From positions 124,001-188,000 of the forward strand of contig JAUPSS010000012.1 in assembly GCA_040285825.1 (NCBI GenBank): a stretch of DNA of 64,000 bases. Reading direction: 5' to 3'. The translations under genes were made by a program, and so were the position numbers. Numbering within the stretch: position 1 is the stretch's first letter; each line of letters opens with the position of its first letter. A model generated the notes under the pieces. It was not told the DNA's origin. It did not search any database and worked only from the letters and a program-made list of their open reading frames with translations. Source of the stretch: Eukaryota sp. TZLM1-RC. Its lineage: Eukaryota > Protista > Metamonada: BaSk clade. Positions 59,791 through 64,000 of this stretch are shown piece after piece.

Positions 59791-60321
59791 ATGTCCAGCG
59801 ATTCTTCATCAGATTCAGATCATGACTTCACAGAAGCACCAATCTTAGCTATTAAACCTAAGACTCAAAAGCCTAAGCGTGGAATAATATACCTTGGCCA
59901 CATTCCACATGGTTTTTATGAACCTCAGATGAAGAAGTTCTTTTCACAGTACGGAGAAGTCCTCAGAGTTCGTGTTTGCCGCAGTAAATACACAGGGGCA
60001 TCTAAAGGTTATGCATTCATTGAATTCAAGGATCCTGATGTCGCTCCTATAGTGGCTGAGGCTATGGATGGATACATTCTATCTCATCGCATACTTCGGT
60101 GCTCAGTTGTTCCTCCTGAAAAACACCACCCCAAATTATTCAAGGGTGCTCCAGCAAAGCGACATGGACCTTCTCGTCAAGAATTACATGCCCAGAAAGT
60201 GAATCGCACATACACCCCTGAAGAAAAGGAAAAAAGACGGCAAAAACTGAGACAAAAGGACGCTGCTAGGGAGGAGAAACTGGCCGCTGCTGGGATTAAC
60301 TTTGAATTTGCCAAGTATTGA
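59791..60321 (+). CDS. NOP15: Nop15/NIFK RRM ribosome biogenesis protein
   Basis: GIIYLGHIPHGFYEPQMKKFFSQYG, RSKYTGASKGYAFIEF, VAEAMDGY. Confidence 0.9.
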   Translation: MSSDSSSDSDHDFTEAPILAIKPKTQKPKRGIIYLGHIPHGFYEPQMKKFFSQYGEVLRVRVCRSKYTGASKGYAFIEFKDPDVAPIVAEAMDGYILSHRILRCSVVPPEKHHPKLFKGAPAKRHGPSRQELHAQKVNRTYTPEEKEKRRQKLRQKDAAREEKLAAAGINFEFAKY

Positions 60322-61049
60322 TTAGTTTTTGTTTTTGTTATAGTTTTTGAATTAGTTTTTGTTTTAAACTGTATTTACTTAAAAAGATAATTTCAGGATC
60401 TTGTTTCCATGATATTTAATCAAAAAAACATCGAATCATTTGAATGTGGTCATTGTACACTTATCAATAACACAACACAATTGAGGAACAGGGTTACTTT
60501 ACTGCAACAGGGTCACATTCATACATGTAGTCCCATAAATAGCAATGTTGAGAGTTATAGCATGGACATGATGTTGAATGGACTTGCACCACTAACCTAT
60601 CTATATATACACTACAGACTATGGACGAATGCCTACCAGAATGTTGTAAAAGGAGTAACAGAGCATACAACTAACGGCTTGTTAAATGAAAAGTGTATCT
60701 ACAACTCGAGCCATCAAGAAACATGCTTGACAGCAGACACGTTGTAGAGGATCCAGACCTTCTCTGATGCCACTTCGAGAACCTATCAATAACTCGAGTG
60801 AAAAAGGGGAAGGGCGACTAACTAATGATGATATTTTTTTGACTTTTCTTTTAATTCCAATGTGAGACTTCATTCAAGTTCTGAATATATAACACAGGCA
60901 TCAAAGTTCTGTTCATTTATGTTTTCCGAAACCCCTTTTGCAACTACTGTAGCTTGTTTGTTTAAAAATCTTTATTCACACTTAAACATAACATAACGCC
61001 CAAGCAAAGATTCTACCCATCAGATCAAGCTCATCCCCTTCACTTCTCC

Positions 61050-64000
61050 ACTCTCCCCACCCTTCATGCTATGCTCGAACTTCTTCTCAAAAAAATTTGA
61101 AAATTTTTAAAGAAGATTTTTTGCCTTTGTGTGATGCCCCTGATATTATGTCTGAAAAAGTGCAAAAAACAAGACAAACCTGTTCCAAATGTGGCAAGGT
61201 TGGTCATAACATTAGAAAATGTCCTGATATTATTACCGAAAAAATGAGACTGAAAACCGATATTTCTATTGTTAATAGTTTGCAAACGCCATCCAAACTG
61301 AATCTTCCTCCTGTTCCCAATGTTTCTGCTGATGATGTTTATTATGATTTAAATATTGATCAAACTCATTTACCAAAAACTGTTGCTCCTGATCCTACTG
61401 ATAATGTCTTGAAACATAATTGTCCTTTTTGCAAAAAGTTCCTCTCTAATTCTTCTAATGGTCGCCCTCTCTTGTTTTGTTTTGACTGTCAAACAGGTGA
61501 TTCTCTTCGTGCACCTGTTAAAATTCCTGTAGAGGTGAGTCCTGCCAGTACTGTTCCTATGTCAATGGAAATGCGTTCTTTTTCTTCGCAATTGAAATTA
61601 AACAAATGGAACATAACAAGATTTTGGAAATTCTTTGCCAAAAAGAATAAGAAGAAAATTAATTACAAACCAAAACAGAGAAAAGCTAATTCATCTTTTC
61701 AAGCAAAAAAATTGTTTTTGAGAGGTAGATATGGAAGCAGATTAAAAAATATTTTTTCGGGAAAACTGGCTGATAACAATCTCGCAACTGTTGAAAAATT
61801 GAAATCCCTCCATCCAACTGAAAATTTTTGCCCCAGTAAGCCTTCTATTTGTCAATATTGGCTCGAAAATCCATTTCAGCCTCAAGAAGTATTGAATGCC
61901 GTTGCCAAATTACCAAAAGGAAAAGCTGCTGGTCCTTCAGGCATTTCCTTTGATTTGTTGAAAATTGCCTGTAAAAATGCTCCTGAAATTGTTGAGGATC
62001 TTGCTTCCTATTTTCAAAATTTAATGTGTTTGAATTATGTTCCTCCGCCTGAATTGACTGCTGCCCGTTTAGTTGCTTTAGTTAAACCTGGTAAAGGTGA
62101 CAAACCTGATGGAGTTAGACCAATTGCTATTGGAGAGTCATTAACCAGATTGCTTTGTTCGCTTATTTTTAACAGAATTTCTACTAAAGCAAAGGATCAT
62201 TTGAAGCCTTTCCAATTTGGTATAAAAACTGTTGAGTGTGCTTCTGTTGCTTCAATGACTTCAGATGTTTTTTTCAATAGTCAACAACATCAATATATTT
62301 TCAATTTGGATTTCAAAAATGCTTTCAATTCTGTGAAACGTAATTGTATTTTTGATTCGCTTCTTCAAGATTTTCCAGAACTTTCTGCATATTTTTATTT
62401 ATTTTATGGAAAAAAATCAGACTTAATTTTTGACTCCTTTACCCTTGAATCTTCTTCTGGTGTGAAACAAGGTGATCCTCTTGGCCCTTTGCTGTTTTGT
62501 TTGGCTATTCATATTATTATTAAAATGACACAACAAGATTTTCCTGATTTGCGCATTGTTGCCTTTATGGATGACATTTCTATTATTGGTTCTTTTGAAA
62601 GCATTTCTATGGTCTCTGAAGACATTGCGGCGAAATACAAAGAAATTGGATTATCTTTGAACCCATCTAAATGTCTCTTGATTGGTAGAGGAAAACAATC
62701 TTTGATGTTTGGTAAAGCTCAGATTCCTTTTATCAATTATGACCAACAAGCTTTTAAGTTTCTTGGATGTTGGCTTGGCAATTTGGATGAAATTTATTCC
62801 CAGTTAAACAATTTATTGGAGAAGTTTGACAAGGATCTTAGTTTTATTGCTGAATGTGACAATGAGAAACACATCAAATTTTTTATTTTAAAAATCTGTT
62901 ATTCTGGAAAATTCACTCATATTTTAAGGTCAACTCCCCCATCGGTATCTCTCAATTTTTGCAGATCTTTTAACAAACTTCGAGTCAAATTTTTTTCTTC
63001 TTTATTTAGAAGTAAATGAATCTTTAATTCGAAGTCATGTATTTTGTTCAGCAGATTTGGGTGGAATGGGATTCACCAAATCTTCGATTCTGTGTAAAGC
63101 AGCATTTTTGGGAGGTGGTAAAAATTTTGTTTTTGAATTTTTCCAAAGGTTCCCTTTTGATGTTCATCTGATCAATGGTGAATCAAATTTTTACTTGAAT
63201 CAACTGGAATTTGAATTAGAAAATTTGCCTAGTGATATCTGGATTCAGTGTTTTCCTCAAAATGTGCAAGAAATTCCCACCCGATCACTTCCAAATTTAC
63301 GTTTTTTGCTTGAAAAAGCTTCAGCACCATCTGGTTAAATTATATGAAGTCTTGGATTATGAAGTAAGACTTGGCTTGGCCAAAACTAAAAATCCCGCTT
63401 TCGGTAATTTTTTAAAGGATAGTCGTGATAGTTCAGCTGCTGCTTTAGTAACTCAAGTTCCCTCTGTTTATGGACTTTTGTTAAAAAACAATGAATGGCT
63501 TCTAAACATGCGTTTTCGTTGTTTTCTGTGGCCAAACAATTTGCCCAATCATTTAACTTGTAAATGTGGTAAACCTCTTTTGTTTACTCATCTTTTGAAC
63601 TGTAAACATTTCATTACGTTTAGAAGCAAAGTGTATAATAACGTCAGGGACCAAATTTATGTAATGTGCAAATCATATCGAGTAGATTCCTTTTTAGTAC
63701 CGCTGTTATCAAAATTAATTCTTGATGATCCCAATATTGATAGTACGCGTTACAACAGAGCTTCTATGGGTTTGACTAGAGGTGATCTAGTTGTTCCTGG
63801 TTTAAATGGTAGTTTTACTATTTTGGACGCCATGTCTATTGACCCTTGTAATTCCTCTAACGAACATCTCATTAACTCGGATGTAAATAATCCTCTTCTT
63901 GCAGGCGAAAAATATAAAATTGCTAAATATGCGAAACCCATTTCCTCGGTTAATGAAAATTCTCATGCCCAATATAATTTATGTCCATTTGTTTTTTCTT
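61050..64000 (+). mobile_element. Near full-length CRE-like retrotransposon, family B (runs off the window)
   Basis: CSKCGKVGHNIRKC, RPIAIGE, LDFKNAFNS, GVKQGDPLGP, FMDD, then GGMG and the RLE region after frameshifts near 63005 and 63305. Confidence 0.93.

Overview
AT-rich eukaryotic (protist) genomic DNA using the standard genetic code, with compact genes among heavily nested mobile elements. Host genes: eIF6, rubrerythrin, a divergent Prp17/CDC40-like WD40 protein, Trm6, two atypical Hsp70s, a TBC Rab-GAP, a NASP-like histone chaperone, catalase, Otu1/YOD1, Unc119, tRNA-Ser(UGA), Cdc50, a zinc-knuckle protein, SRP receptor beta, a SAP/SWIM/RING-like protein, an RIIa-domain protein and Nop15/NIFK. 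Oxygen-defence genes, cilium-related genes, TTAGGG repeats and branch-point-fused short introns suggest an anaerobic or microaerophilic flagellate such as a metamonad (inference). A large part of the window is mobile DNA: several families of RLE-type (CRE-like) non-LTR retrotransposons, an intact MULE with a 9-bp TSD, a hAT-type MITE, a Tc1/IS630 remnant, LTR elements with 4-bp TSDs, and two decayed Fanzor (eukaryotic TnpB) loci. Most notable: all nine introns I could reconstruct are 29-36 nt with an A exactly 7 nt from the 3' end, and two catalase introns end in AT instead of AG (GT-AT). This points to a distance-based rule for 3' splice-site choice. All calls come from motif recognition by eye; no searches were run.
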